DNA of 63,973 bases. Origin: Girardia tigrina. Its lineage: Eukaryota. Numbering within the stretch: the first letter of the stretch is position 1; each line of letters begins with the position of its first letter. Shown one piece after another: positions 12,770 to 26,762 of this stretch. Made by a program: the position numbers and the translations under genes. A model generated the notes under the pieces. That model made no database searches. It was not told the origin of the DNA and saw only the letters and a program-made list of their open reading frames with translations. The stretch spans positions 1 to 63,973 of the forward strand of contig MQRK01173128.1 of NCBI GenBank assembly GCA_001938485.1, read 5' to 3'.

Positions 12770-13050
12770 CTTTTTTTAATCCACATGAAACTATATTTCT
12801 TCCCGAGTTATCTTCTTCAGAGAACTTTAAAGTAAAAAAATAAAACCTTGTTTTCATAATAAATGAAAAAAAACGTATAAAAAACAAATATAATATTTTA
12901 ATAAAATGATAAGTATTAAAAAACGTAATTCATTAAAACAAGAACGATTTGTTTAAAAAAAACTCCTTCAATTTTGTTATAATTACTTCTAAAGATTTAT
13001 TAAATCTAAATATCAAATTCGGTGAATTTTGTTTTAGTGAATGATAAATT

Positions 13051-13145
13051 TTAAAACATTTGTTCTAATAATATTTGCATTGACAACCCATTAGTAAACG
13101 TATTGGAAACCGCCTTCATAAAGTGCATTCCAGCAAATCCAACCA
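13051..13145 (-). CDS. candidate terminal exon of the KH gene
   Basis: Pyrimidine-rich acceptor ..TATTAACAG; phase-1 start compatible with exon 20279-20372; reads (V)VGFAGMHFMKAVSNTFTNGLSMQILLEQMF*. Confidence 0.3.
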
Positions 13146-15074
13146 CTGTTAATACAATCAAAAAAAGGAAAATTGTTTTAATTAGTAAAAAATATAAATC
13201 CTTTAATGAATACATATTTCATTTCTAAATTAATATTATTTTATATTTTTCTTTTATTTTTAAAAATGTTTTTATTATTAATATTTTATTATTTTTGTTT
13301 CATATCAATATGCGATATATTATTAAAATTATATAATTAATATTTAGATATAATAAATAAAAATAACATTTCTAAATACTGATTTAATTAATTTACGCAA
13401 CTTAAGAGGAAGTCGATTTTTGAAAATTGTTTCAAATCATAATTTAATTAGGGATGGACAACCGAACCCTATGAGGGTTTAAATAGTTGGTTTAAAAAAT
13501 CTGGTAAAATATTAGAATGTTAAAAAACTGATTAATTTTCTTGAAATTGAATCTGATAATGATTTAAATGGATATTTATATTTATTTATTTATTTATTTA
13601 TATTCCTCTATCTGTTTATTTGAATTTAATTACTTTTTAATTATTTCATTTATAAATATATTTATATTAGCATTAATATTTTTTTAGATAATGGCAAAGC
13701 TTACTTAATAATATTTCAATAATATATTATATAAAAATGAAAAAGAATCATAAAAATTTCTAAAAAATTAACAAAGCTAAAATTTTATATAATTTAATCT
13801 TAACAGAAAGGTAACATTAAAAAGTAACGAAGCAAACGAGGAATATAAATATAAAAAGTAACAAAACAGAAAGAAAATTACATCTTTCTCTTAAAAAAAT
13901 GTATGTCCAGAACTTGTCGACCCGTCTCGTTTTTAAAATGGAATGTTTTTAAATGGAATTTTAAAATTATAAGAGATATTTCGGTTAAAAAAATTTTAAA
14001 ACTTTTATCCTGTTTCGTATTTCAAGTAATATACTTTTATTCATTCTCTTGGGGATTGTTTCTCTGTTCTTAATGTTTTACCTTACTTTAGTAAGAAACA
14101 TTGAAGTTTATTTATTTATTTTTAACACAACATATAAAATAATATTTCAATTTCTTAGTAGGGACAAAGAAAAAAATAATTTCATTTTTTATTTCAATTA
14201 TAATTTTTGTCCTTAGTAGAGATAAATAATAATATTAACTAACAAAATTTGTCTTTAAATTATTTTCCAGATTTCAAGGTATTCAACATTAACAATTCAC
14301 TATCCTTTTTTTCGAAAAATCTTTGAAAAAGTCCAAAAATTAGAATTGTTTTATCTTGAAGAAGTGTTTCAGTCAACCATGACGAACTATTTCCTCAGCA
14401 AAGAAACTTCGATTATAATTTCATCAAGTCAGATTGATTATAATAAAATAATAGTTAAATAATACTTAACTTATTTTGATGTGCTAATTTAAACTTAAAA
14501 TCTTTTTTACAAACTTTTATAATAGCTTCATTTGTCTGTTTGTCTGGCACAAATCTTTTAATTGATTTTTCAACCACTTCTCAATACTCAATTAAGCTGA
14601 TGCTTTGCTTATTTGCTCAATTAACAGATCTTTTTAGTGCATATATAAAAATGTTTTTTATATATTACTTGTTTGATTTACTTGTTGGTACTTTCTGCTC
14701 AGATGCTAAGTCTTTCATAACACTCAGATTTAAACTTAGAATTTTATATGTAATTTAATTCAATAGTCATTTAGTAAATAATTTTTGCAAATCATATCAT
14801 CATTATCCATAATATATTATTATTATAAAAAATGAAAAGTAATATGAAAAATATTAACAAGAAAGTTTAGCTAATAACATTTATTATGTTAACCAATCAG
14901 TCGTTATTAACAGTTTCTGCAATTAACTGTGGCTAATTCGGCACACAGATTTGTACAATCAAATCACCAAAATTATGAAATCCTCAACTAAGTGCATTCG
15001 GTCAATCCTCAAATCATGACAAAGAACTATTTGTATGGATTTGAATTCAAATCACAACAATAATAATTATTTAA

Positions 15075-15233
15075 ATTATTAATCATTTTTTTAATTATTT
15101 AACTTATTTTCATTATGTATTGCAGAAGTTTTAAAGTAACATCATTTACACGATTATTAATCATTTTTTTAATTATTTAACTTATTTTCATTATGTATTG
15201 CAGAAGTTTTAAAGTAACATCATTTACACGATT
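15075..15233. repeat. perfect 78-bp tandem duplication
   Basis: ATTATTAATC...CATTTACACG repeated at 15075 and 15153. Confidence 0.9.
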
Positions 15234-15374
15234 CCAGCGGCACTTACTTACGGTGGTATTAACATATCACGTCAATTTATCAAAATATTTTTAAGGTTCT
15301 AAGTTTGCTTTTTGGTGTTTCAAATTAATTACATAATTAGACTATTATCTAAAAATTATTAATTATTATGCCTT

Positions 15375-16090
15375 TATTGTTCGATCTATTTTATAATTTT
15401 TGCTTCCAATTTTTGGAATCAATTTTCCAATAAATATTATTATTTAAAATTTTAAAAAATAAGTTTTTTGATAACAAAATGAGCATGAACATTAAAAAGT
15501 GTCAGAAAGACCGAGACAAACTGCTAGTAAAATTCGGTCAAGTAAATCAACCAAAGCCATTTCTGATGTCTTGTAACTTGATGTCTTGAATAACTTGGTA
15601 GTTCAAAAAATTATTAAAATTTTTGAGAAAAACGCCGAAACAGCTCTAAAGCAAAAATGTAGCGATAGAAGATCTAAACTTGATGATAATCAAAATCAAT
15701 AAGTGAAGGACTTGGTGGATGAAAATTGCATTATAACTCTGAAAGAATTGAGTGGTAAGATCATGGATGCTTTTGGATTGAGTATGACGCAAAGTCAATT
15801 TACTTAGATCCTAAAAGAAACCCCAGTAGTTCCTACTTCAAGAAACAATGGCAGTATTATTGAAAAAAGATGAGTATGCTCAGAAATTCAGATATAATTA
15901 GGAAAATAATAGTGGTAAAATCGTGAGATTTTCTTAGTTTTTGCAGTGTCTTCACGACCAAAAAAGAAGATTTCATAGAGGTAATGTTTTTGCAATAAGA
16001 ACTAAAAAATTATTTTCTTTAATTTTTATTGGAAAATTGAATGTAAAATTGAAAAATAGGTTACAAAAATTGGAAAATAGATCGAAAATA
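15375..16090 (+). mobile_element. IS630/Tc1-like element remnant with degenerate TIRs
   Basis: DRRSKL...KDLVDENCIITLKELS..IMDAFG is homologous to ORF 54867-55175; inverted ends TCGATCTATTTT..TTTTCCAATAAA / TTTATTGGAAAA..AAAATAGATCGA. Confidence 0.6.
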
Positions 16091-16975
16091 TGTATATTTT
16101 GTTAGTTAATATATTAATAATATAATCAAAGAAAACTCGTATCATTATGATGATTACCAACCAAAAATTAATGCCAAAGTTTAAATAAAATATTTAGAAA
16201 AATGAATTAAAAAATCCCAATATTTTTAATCCCCAGGGCAAACCCAGCTTGATGTACAGCTTCACCTGTGATTCTGGTTATCCTTTCCTGGCACGACAAA
16301 CTCCCAATATTGACCCGCCTGTTGGGATAACACGGTAGTTAATGTGCTAATATTTCGAAATATAAAGTCTTTTAATTTTCACGTTTTTTTTCGATTATTC
16401 AAACCAAACTATTTTCCGGGGAATTACATCAGTTGTTAATTGCAATTTTTGAAGAAAATGTAATATGTTCGGCAAAGGAAAATAATCTTTAAGACATAAA
16501 TTAGAAAAATAATGTTTTTCCTAAACTGACATTTAGATTTTCTGAGAAGAGTAATTACAATAAAATTTTTAATTAAAAAAATCTAAAAATAGTTTTTTTA
16601 TAATTAATAATTTAATTTGATTTCTTTTTTTCAAACTTTAATTGTTTAAAACATTAATAAGATTTTTATAAAATAATTCCTGTTTTGAATAATTAATCAA
16701 ACAGGTTATTTTTGTTTGGGAAAATAATATAATTATCACATTTTGTTGTAAAATATTTGTTTAAACAAACTGGCAATAAATGATTATAATTTAAAACAAT
16801 TTTACATATTTTCATTATTTTATTAATAATATTAGGTTACTTTTTTATTTCGATTGTTTATTATTAATCATTTTTTAAATCCATACATCTAGTAAATCAA
16901 TTAATAATTATTAATAAATATTAAAAATTGTAATTAATACCAGATGAAAATCAAACTTTGATTTTTATGTATTTA

Positions 16976-18006
16976 TTAGGTTGAAATGACAGATTTGCAA
17001 GTAAATTAACATTTTAATAAAAGCAAAATTTCTCAATAACAAGGGGTCGGTTTAATTAATGTAGTCGCCATTACTTTCGATTATTCTTCTTCAATGAGGC
17101 TATAACAAGAAAATTGTGCCTCATTGATGCTTAATTATGTGCAGTAAACTTCCGAGATGATAGTTTGACCACGCGAACGAGTTTTCAGTGAACAGGTCAC
17201 GATTTAATCATTTGAACTTGAACTCAACCTTTGTTTCTTGCGTTTCATTGTTTTGATTTCATCGTCTATTGACCTTGCCAAGAGTGTGAAGGTGTCGTAC
17301 AATGGATGCTTGAGGAATATCGAGTTCGGCCGACAATCTGCGAGTACTTATTGACGGATTTATCTCGACGTTTTCACGAATTGCTCCGGAATCTACGGTG
17401 ATAGGTCGGTCTGAACGTGTATTGTCTCCGAGGTCAATGTCGCCTTTGTTGAACCTTTTGAACCAATTTTGTGCAGTACGATTTGAGACCACATTATCGC
17501 CTTCAACTTCGCATATCTTCTTTGTTGCTGCAGTTGCGTTTAAGCCCTGTTTCCAGTAATGGCGTAAAAGAACACGAATTTCAAAATTTTCCATGATTTT
17601 TCTAAAAGACCATAAAAATTATATTAACGATTAATTAGAAGTTTTAATATATATTGTGATAGAGCAGTTCAAAAGCTTTAAAAACATATAACACATGTAT
17701 ATAGAATATCTTTATTTGGTAATAAGAAAAAATTGAACAAAAAAACGTAGAAAATACCAATCAGCCATCTGGGTAAGAGAGACGCAATCCGAATCAACAT
17801 ACAGCATGCACAATATAAAACAACAAACAATTCAGAACTTTTCTCACATCTAATATCAATAACTTTTTAAAAGAAAAGACTATGCAATGTGAATAATCAA
17901 AGTGCTCTTAAGAATATAATACAGAAAATACATAAAAAGACCAAATTAAATTTGAAAAATTATTAACAGGTTCTAAATAACAGACAAAACTTTCGTTCCA
18001 ACCTAA
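16976..18006 (-). mobile_element. internally deleted mariner
   Basis: ORF 17259-17594 is a mariner double HTH (TAQNWFKRF, R..RP, STRRLSAEL); TTAGGTTG-type ends with TA. Confidence 0.85.
17750..17848 (-). repeat. fragment of the TGTGAG-type LTR family inside the mariner
   Basis: CCATCTGGGTAAGAGAG..CGAATCAACATACA..CTCACA is shared with 54110-54199, 48255-48354, 55805-55888 and 32170-32248. Confidence 0.7.
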
Positions 18007-19239
18007 TACATGTATTCATATGTATCGATATTAAGTATCTTAGAGATTACTTGTGGTCTAAATCAAGTAATCGGAATAAAATGTACTGTTATCAAGTGTC
18101 GTACATTATATTTTTAAGAAGGTTCTAAATTAGTATTTATTTCTTTAGGACTACAATTGAATACCTTTAAACTTTTATTCGCTACGACTAATGTAATTAT
18201 GGGTTAATTATATTTCGTACCTGCAGATGTCTACCAATTGTAAATTGTTAAACGGTTATTAAACTAAATCCTATTTGAAGTATATGAAGTCTAATATATA
18301 CCATTTTTATAATATAAAATATAAAAACATGCATTACTTACACAAGACTGATTTATTAATGCTTAAGAAAATTATGACAGACAAAACTATGACATCCGAA
18401 ATAGGTACGACCAGACATCTCAATCGTTTCGAAGATTTATATTATTTTCTTCGTTTTTAGATATATGTTGTATGAAAAAAATAATATCAAACAGAAAATT
18501 AAATAAATCTGATGCCGATATATTGAAAAAACAAAAAACAAATTTGTTCTCTTTTTCCTCCTAAAGAATAAACACTGTAAGTAAATACAATAAGAACCAA
18601 GGAAAAAAAGATTTCAGAAACTTCTAATTTATTTTAGTCTTACGAAAAAGTAAATGTTTATTGTTTTTTAAAAATTAAATTAATTAGTTGTTAATTTTTT
18701 TCTACTTATATAAATCTCGTTTCGAAAACTTAATCATATTTAAAAAATATTATATAAAGTAAAATAGAAAACATTAATAAAATGACTTAAAAAATGTGTT
18801 TTATTATTTAGAAAAACAACAAAGCTTTAATTACTTTTCAAAATTATATAAATGAATAATAAAATTTTTTTTGTTTTGTTTAATTATAATTTTTTGATAA
18901 ATGTATTTAGATATAAGAAAATATATGTAAACGTTTTTCACTATTGTGTAAAAAATCACAGTATAAAAATATATTATTAAATTCAATATATTATTTTGAT
19001 AATATTTTAATGTCATAATATTATAAAATATATTTTTTTATTTTACATAGATATAGTAAAATTATATAAATCCTTCAACAATTGTCAAAATAGTCAAAAG
19101 TACTTTAAACATTTTAAACCTGCCTAAAATAGTAAAAAATAACAATATCAATAAAATAATTTATTTTTCCATAAACAAAATTATTAAAATTTAAGAATAT
19201 TTTTGATGAAATTTAAAATGTTTGTTTTTATTTATGGCC

Positions 19240-20060
19240 CCATTTTTAAATGTCAATTGTAATATAAATAATAGAAATCGTTCGTTTGTACTCAAAGTAT
19301 GAATCATATACAACTGTCAAATAGGAATTGCAAATATCTGGTTGTAAAAACATTCCTTCCTATCAAACAGTAATTAACATATTCAATCGCTTCATAGACA
19401 CTCGGTGGTTGATTATCACCGATCGTCCAAGTGAAGAAAGTAAAAGAAAAGATGCCATTGAATGTATTTTTCAGTGTGCAGATGGTGGCTTTAATACAAG
19501 CATTAGAATATTTTCAAAAGAATTGAAATATTTTTACAGTTCTATACTAACTTTAAGAAAAAAACATTTTATTATTATCTGTACAAATATCAAATCCTAA
19601 ATGAGATATCTAATGAGGACAGAGAGTCAAGAGTTGCTTTGAGAGAGGATTTGCCTGACAAGATCAATGGAGATTGTACGTATTTGGCCAATGTGGTATT
19701 TTTTGATGAGGCTGTATTTAATTTACATATCTGTGTTAATCGTCACAGCACTTGTATCTGGGGAACAAGTACTCAAAGAGAAAACTTTACATTGGTGCAC
19801 GTAGTCCAAAGGTAAATATTTGGGTGAGTATTTCAAAAAGAAAATTGTATGATCCTTTATTTTTCAAAAATAGCACAATTAATAGTGCTGATTTCAAAAA
19901 TATACTAGAAAAACGTTTTATTCCAGAATAAAAAAAGACAACGATGTTATTCAAGAACAATATTTCACCAGCGCACTACTCAAAAGATATGAGAACAGCG
20001 TCGGAATGGAAGATGTGGTAAATTGCTTGGTCTGATTAATGAAAACTTCAATACAGGAGA
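19240..20060 (+). mobile_element. rosa/maT-like (DD37D/DD41D-type) transposase remnant
   Basis: PSYQTVINIFNRF.DT, then VVFFDEAVFNL..VNRHSTCIWG, SPKVNIW and PLFF motifs. Confidence 0.7.
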
Positions 20061-20278
20061 AACATGATAAGTCAATTGTTTGGTGGAACCATGGCCATTT
20101 ATTTTAATAGAAACATTTCCCAATTCAAATCACTTTATGATTATTTAAGATTAATTTATGATTTGTAAATATTAAAAATTAATTAAAAAAATAATTTTGT
20201 TACAATTATCTCTAACTATAAAAAAACTCCAAAATAATAATATCGCATGAAAAGAGTTATAATTTAATTAAACGTTAC

Positions 20279-20372
20279 CTGCATAAAAAGAAGGCGAATA
20301 AATGTTTTGAAGTGGTAAAATGGGAAGGCTGTTTGTTGCAATCGAAATATTGTCCGTAAATGTCGGACTCAT
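20279..20372 (-). CDS. KH gene exon (linker region)
   Basis: TTTTCAG|ATG...GCA G|GTAACG; MSPTFTDNISIATNSLPILPLQNIYSPSFYA; phase 0 to phase 1. Confidence 0.6.
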
Positions 20373-20946
20373 CTGAAAAATAAAATCGATTATTCACATT
20401 TTGTTGAATGAGAATCAAACTAATTTCAATTTTTTCTTATTCTTCACTTTAGAATTTACTTCTTTTTAACAACTCACAAACGATCTGGGAAAAACCTTTG
20501 AAAAAGATTGAGGAAAACATTGCGACGAAAACACAATTAATTGTTTAATATAGTTTAATAGTCAAATGAATGAGAATGCTTGATTTTGATAAACAATATT
20601 ACATGAAATTTAAATGCGACATAAAGATTATGGAAAGGTTTGTTTGAACTATGGTTGCGTACATGAACATTCACAGAGTTCATTGATCATCCTAACAAAT
20701 GCGAGAGTTTCGTTGGAATTAAAATGAGAGATGATTAGAAAAATTACTTGAATTAAATGGCATAATGTTTACATTATTCTCTGAGAGAGAGACCGATACA
20801 ATGACGAAAGCGGATTTAACTAATAATACCTTAAAGAGTACCTTAAAGGGATTGAGCTAAAAGAAGTTCAATTTTCCATTTTTTAAATTAGTTTACTTTC
20901 TATATATAAATGTGTGTGTGTATCCAAAAATAAAGCCTTTTAAAGC

Positions 20947-22185
20947 AGGGGGTGTGAGAATAATTAATAACTATATATTTATAAATTAAAATAGAGAACC
21001 AATATCAGGTAATTTACAGAAACTGGATGTTGTGAAGGTCTTGTCAAAAATGTACTCCAACTGATAAACATGTATATTTCAGAAAATTTAAAAGATAATG
21101 CAATGGAACTTTTAATTCAACTTCAATAGAAGTGTTTTAAACAACTTATTCAAAATGATTGCTTCCCGGATACCTGACAGCTTCCAGCGTTTCTTGAATG
21201 CGGCACAGGCTTACCACAAACGCCTCTGGAAAATTCTTCCAGACCTTTGAAACGAAAGTCCCCAGGGCATAGGCACTTTGTGTGACGAGAACGGCACGCT
21301 TCACTCCCTACACGTGCCTAAATGGAGTAATCCAGAGGATTCACATGTATTGAAGATGGTGGCTACTTGTCTTTGGTTGTAAAAAGTACAGCTTTGCCTT
21401 CAAAGATTTTTTGATTGCCTTAGCCATGCACCGCCTTGATAAAAAATTTTTAAACTCTCCCGGGTTAACTCTTTCTTTAGTCAGGGAACTACAACTTGAC
21501 TCAGAGCTTGTGGGTAACTTGTGGCAATCAACCAGTAACCTACAAGAATTTTTCCATTCGCTGCCACCACACCCAGTAGCATTTCTTCTTTTTCTTTTTA
21601 TTTTTTTTCTGCTACTCTTTCTTGCTTTACTGATGTCATCATCACCTAAGTGAATGGCACAGTAGTTACTACGGTTCCATGATGGATCTACTGTGAAAGT
21701 CTTCTTGTCTTGTAAGCCGTTAACAATTAAAGTTGGACTGGTCTTCACATCATCCAAAAAGATTCTACTTAATCTGATTGGTTAGCAAAAGTCTTTCAAT
21801 CATGACAAGACTCTTGCAACAACGTTTCTTGACTGCACGACTGATCTGTAACTTATGAACATCAAACTTTGAAGCGTGAATTATGATTGATCGCTCAGAA
21901 TGAGCCTTGATGTTCCATCTAAGCTGGAATAGGTTTCCACCACTCTTAAACCTGTTTTGTAGACTTTTGTTTGCAGCATTCCAGTTGCTCTGTAATTTCA
22001 TCTTCAATGTAGGCCTCGTGAAGCAATGTGGTAATAACAATACGTTTTTAAAATATTAATGATTGATTTAAAAAGAATGTCAGTATTTATAATTTCTAAA
22101 CCAAATATAAATAAATAACTATAGATCTGCTTAAGTTCCTTAAATCTAGTGTCAAAGTCAATTGACAAGACTGACACAACACTCG

Positions 22186-22187
<2 letters not shown>
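20947..22187 (-). mobile_element. maT/DD37D-like element, defective
   Basis: CAGGGGGTGTGAG terminus; KTFTVDPSWNRSN and NPLDYSI*ARV motifs; multiple frameshifts. Confidence 0.75.
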
Positions 22188-22228
<41 letters not shown>

Positions 22229-23847
22229 AAAAATAATTTTGTTAAATATATACTAATTCATAATAACGTTTTGATAAAATTAATATTCCTTTGTATACTT
22301 TTATTTAATTTTTATTTTTTATGATTTATTATTCATTTAAAAACATGTGAATATTTTAAAAGAATAATTAAATTTAATATTTCTTTTAGAAATATATTAA
22401 AATTTTAATTTCATTTATTTCCTTAATGATTTTTTTTGCAATTTTAACTTTAACAGTTTAAATGTGATGCTTTAAAAAGCAGCAATAAAAAATTTTAATT
22501 TTCCTTTAAATTTCTTTTCTTTTAACATTAAAAGTTATTAAAAAACCAATTGAATTTCGTAATAAATTTAGACTTTTATGAAAACGCAATTAAAACAAAA
22601 ATAAATCATATTTTTCATAGAAACTTGTGTACTTCAAAGTTACAAAACACGTTTCTTCTTAAGATTAATGAGATTATTTATTATTATAAATTATATTTGT
22701 ATTCAATATAAAAAGGAAATGGACATTCCAACTTTTTTTGTTTGAATGGAAGAAAGTAAATGGGCCAATTATTTTCTCACAACAGCAAAATGAAATATTG
22801 CACCGAATGTCGCCATAAAAGAATGTTTATATTTTAATTAGGGAATTTTAAAAAATTCATTAAAAAAAGGTTTTATTTATTTAATTAATATTTCATAACA
22901 ACGAGATTTAATAAAATGAACGATTTTATTTTTTTTGTTAATTTTTTACAACCGAATAAAAATGTTTACCGAAAAAATAATCGCTACATTTTTTTGATAC
23001 AAAATAAATTCGATTATTAAAAAAATAAATAATTTCAATATAAAAATTAATGAAAAAAAATCATAAATATTTCAATGAAAATAGTAAAATATAAAATAAT
23101 AAATAAATGAATATTATTTTTGTTTAAATGTTGTGAAGGTTTAGAGTGGTTTTATTGAGGAACTGGAAATATTTTTAAAGTGTTTTTTTTAAAAAAGTTC
23201 ACACTGTTGTAAATTTTATCGGGTATAAATAATTTGTTTTAATGTATTCAAAATATTTATATCACGCGAAAAAAATTGAATCATTGATTTGTGTGAATCA
23301 TTTTGTTTATTTCTATCTAAAAATCTGATTTAAGATTCGTAACTGTAGCGGGAGATTTAACATTTAAGGCCTATCATTATCCCATATGCAGCATTTGACA
23401 ACTATCCCTCATGTTGGCAATTGCTTATGAAAACATTCTTCTAACTGAAAATCGTGAACATAATTTCGATGGATTTTCAGTTTTTTTTTCTTTATTAAAA
23501 AAATTGAGACAGTTATCAAAACAAATTTAAAATACAAATATTTTGTATTTTTAATTTTATCATTATCATTTTTATAATAATAATTATTATTATTATAAAA
23601 TAATTGTTAATTAAAACAATTACAATTTTATTTTGATTAGTAAAACAAAAATGTGGTTTTATAAGAATAGGAAAAAGTATTCTTAAATTTGATAGACAAA
23701 AGAATGTACCTGCCTCTGATTTATAATACGAATTATCTTTATAATGTATAATAAATAAATAAATAAATACAATGAAATTAATCCATCAATGAAAGAATAA
23801 TATTTAAATTAATCAATATAAATAATTTTAAATATTAAACTAAATAT

Positions 23848-24360
23848 CAGGTCGTCAAGTATGAAATTTGTAAAACTAAATTCAAAGTTTATTGATAATT
23901 TACCATCACAAATATTTATGTCATTCATCAAGTATGTATACGTATTATCGACACAATTTTGTTATTTGAGACAGTTTGTTCAGGCCAATTGAATAAAAAT
24001 TTAAATAAATTTCTGGCAGGACATTTTAAAGGCATCTTAAAAATTGAATTATTTTCCAATCAAATATTTGTTCAAATTGAGGAAAAAATGGTAGTTAGTT
24101 GGAGCTACGTCTGGTGAGTATAGAGAATGATGCAGAAGTTCCAACTCAAGTTCCTGTAGTTTTGTAACGGTCTTAAGTCAAGCATATGGTTTAGTATTGT
24201 TGTGGTGCTAGATGGGAGTCGACCTCCTTACCAAACGCGGCTATTTTTCTTTGAGTTTCTGCATCATATCTTCCAATTTGTTGCAGTAGACATTTGAACC
24301 AGGTTTCATAAAGTCATAATCGATTAGACAGCCCCCTAAAAACTGACCATCCGCTTTGAT
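23848..24360 (-). mobile_element. mariner 3' fragment
   Basis: Terminus TCAGGTCGTCAAGTATGAAAT (also at ~55915); HHSLYSPDVAPTNYHFF-like motif on the minus strand. Confidence 0.75.
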
Positions 24361-24789
24361 GAATATTATAGCTAGTATATAGTATAGTCAGTTTTTATAC
24401 AATTTCGTTTTTCTTTTTATCAACTGGGAATGGAAGTGATATTCCTAACATATCAAACTTAAAATTAATGAACTTCTGCACATTAATCAATACCATACCA
24501 ATTTATTCGTCCTTTGTAAGAATTAATTTTTTATCACTTACTAGAGATCAGATAAATGTAAAATTGAAGATTATATAACTTGAAATATCACCAAAAGATA
24601 TTTCTGACAGAAGCCTTTTTTTCGAGAGGGTTCTTGAAGTCCATTATTCTGCTTAAACATTTGATATTATGTAAGGAGCTGACGGAATAAATAGTTAAGG
24701 TCCATCCTATATTATCATCATATATATTATCAACAAGCCGTTCATAATATAGAAACACAAAATTTATGGTTGCAGTTTGACCATTGCTA

Positions 24790-25345
24790 TGTCTTTGATT
24801 CCTACTAATTAAAAATATTTTAATTTAATTTTAAAGTAAAAAGATTTAAAATAATTTTTGAATGTATTGTTTATTTTTTAATGTAATTTAAAATTTTATT
24901 ACATTAATTTAATATGTTCTTTTTAAAAAATGTTTAGATTTAATTTTAACCAATTCGATTCTTTATAATTAATAATTTTTATTAACAGATTTTCATTTAT
25001 TGAAAATAATTAGTATGAATTCAGAAATATATTGATCAAGAAAAATGGTTAATAGTCAATGCGCTTGTGATATTAATAAATGTTGTAAAACTCATTTTGA
25101 TGTTGTTAATATGGCGACCACAGCTCATATGAAAACGAGCATTATGAGACATGAAAAATTCGATAGATCCGAGTCGAAATTATATAACTTCATAAAAAAT
25201 TTCGAACGTTATGCTGATATTATGGGTATAACAGAAGATAGAAGATTAGTGATGGTGATGATCTTCATGACTCCATCAGCAATCACAAAATTTTCAGAAG
25301 CAGATAGAAATACGTATAAAGAAAAAATAAAGATGTTATATATAT
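24790..25345 (+). mobile_element. Ty3/gypsy partial LTR, PBS (25112-25121) and truncated gag
   Basis: Closely matches the reverse complement of solo LTR 53796-54199; ends GTTGTTAATA|TGGCGACCAC; ORF MATTAHMKTSIMRHEKFDRSESKLYNFIKNFERYA is gag-like. Confidence 0.85.
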
Positions 25346-25349
25346 AATG

Positions 25350-26220
25350 AAAAGAAAGGCCATTTGTGAATATTAAATTTATTTACAATACAAACGCGTT
25401 TCACCATTTCGGCATCTTCAGTGCAATGAAATAAAGTGATTAATTGATATTTATATAGTTGAAAAACTGTTACATCATACGTCTCAAAACATACTTTTTT
25501 CTTTAAAAAAAGTATTTTAAAGATATTTAAAAAATTTTAATATGATTAGATGAATCACCTTGCACGTTTAAGCATGGTTTATTATGCTTTATTAACAATG
25601 CTTCGGCAATAATCCTTTCATAATTTGTGTCAAAATTATTTAAAATCACTTTAAAATCTTTATTGTAATCCATAAGATTACCTTTACATCTTTTAATATG
25701 GCTCAATATCGAACTATTTCTACTCGATTGAGTATGTTCAGCAATTCTAGTGCGGAAATGACGACTTGTCTCTCCAATGTACAAGGCTTCGCACTTGTGA
25801 CATTTGAATTGATAAACTAGATTTGCCTTAATACACAATGGAGTTTTTGATTTGTTTGAAAAATAGTTCCGGCATTTATTAGTTAAAAAGATTACTCTCA
25901 ATTTTAAGCCAACAGGTGTTCGATGTTCTAAAAATCGTTTGAACTCTTTTGCTCTCTCTGAGTACGGTAATTTTAGATTGATAGTCATTTGATTATCAAC
26001 GTCATTTCCCGAAGTTATATTTGATGCATTATTTGATTTTATATAAATGGATTCAACAGTATCTTTTATGATTTTATTTAAATACTTTTTATTAAATCCA
26101 TTTTTAGAAAGCCTATTATGAAGTTCATCAACTTCATTATCAAATATCTCCAAGGTTGATGTTAAACCCCAGACTCTATGTACCAAACCTTTAATCATGT
26201 TCCTATTGTATTCCTTATTG

Positions 26221-26225
<5 letters not shown>
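25350..26225 (-). mobile_element. Penelope-like element 3' part (RT thumb/linker, GIY-YIG endonuclease, 3' UTR)
   Basis: ORF 25527-26225 with NGF..K, LKLPY, NLVYQFKCHKCEALYIGETSRHFRTRIAEH and R.IAEALLI...KP.LN. Confidence 0.95.
25386..25428 (-). ncRNA. minimal type I hammerhead ribozyme
   Basis: CAUUGCA CUGAAGA UGCC GAAAU GGU GAAA CGCG UU UGUAUUG: intact core, stems I and II, palindromic stem III. Confidence 0.85.
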
Positions 26226-26265
<40 letters not shown>

Positions 26266-26600
26266 ATGGAATTTAGAAACCTGTTTTTAAAGGCCTTTTA
26301 CTCAATCGATTTACTTCAAACTTTGCGCACTCACTCATTTTCGATTACAATAAATGATTATGTAAAAATTTGATCGAAAAAATCTTTTTAAGATCCCAAA
26401 ATGGGAAAAAACGGAAAATTCGGATTTATCGAAAAATAATAATTGCAAGATATCTATTTATAAAATATAAGTAGTTTATATTAATTTTTATTTTTTTATT
26501 GTGATTTTTTAAATTTTAAATTTTAAAATCTTTGTTGGCAAAGCAGAGTTCTGTCTGCATAAAGAATGGATATAAAAATTTAATTTTTTGATTTACTAGT
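26226..26600 (-). mobile_element. DINE-1-like repeat, copy 2, truncating the PLE
   Basis: Reverse complement of 12351-12767, ending in (TA)n. Confidence 0.65.
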
Positions 26601-26762
26601 TTAGTTACCAGTTACTGGGTCCACGGCCTCTGGTTAAAATATTATTACTATTAATATTTACTTAATTATTTGCTTTTTAAGTATTAATCGATTAATATTT
26701 TGAAAATCTGAATTTAACTTTTTAAAACTTTAAAAAATTTGGAATAAAAATTCAAAAAGTAC

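Noticed and set aside
12786-12825. Minus-strand CTGAAGA-14 nt-GAAATATA
   Set aside because: The spacing is right, but stem II, stem I and the UH site do not pair; at best a dead relic.
26226-26267. N-terminus MDIYIYIYIY of the 246-aa ORF
   Set aside because: It is a translated (TA)n microsatellite from an adjacent repeat, not a real start.
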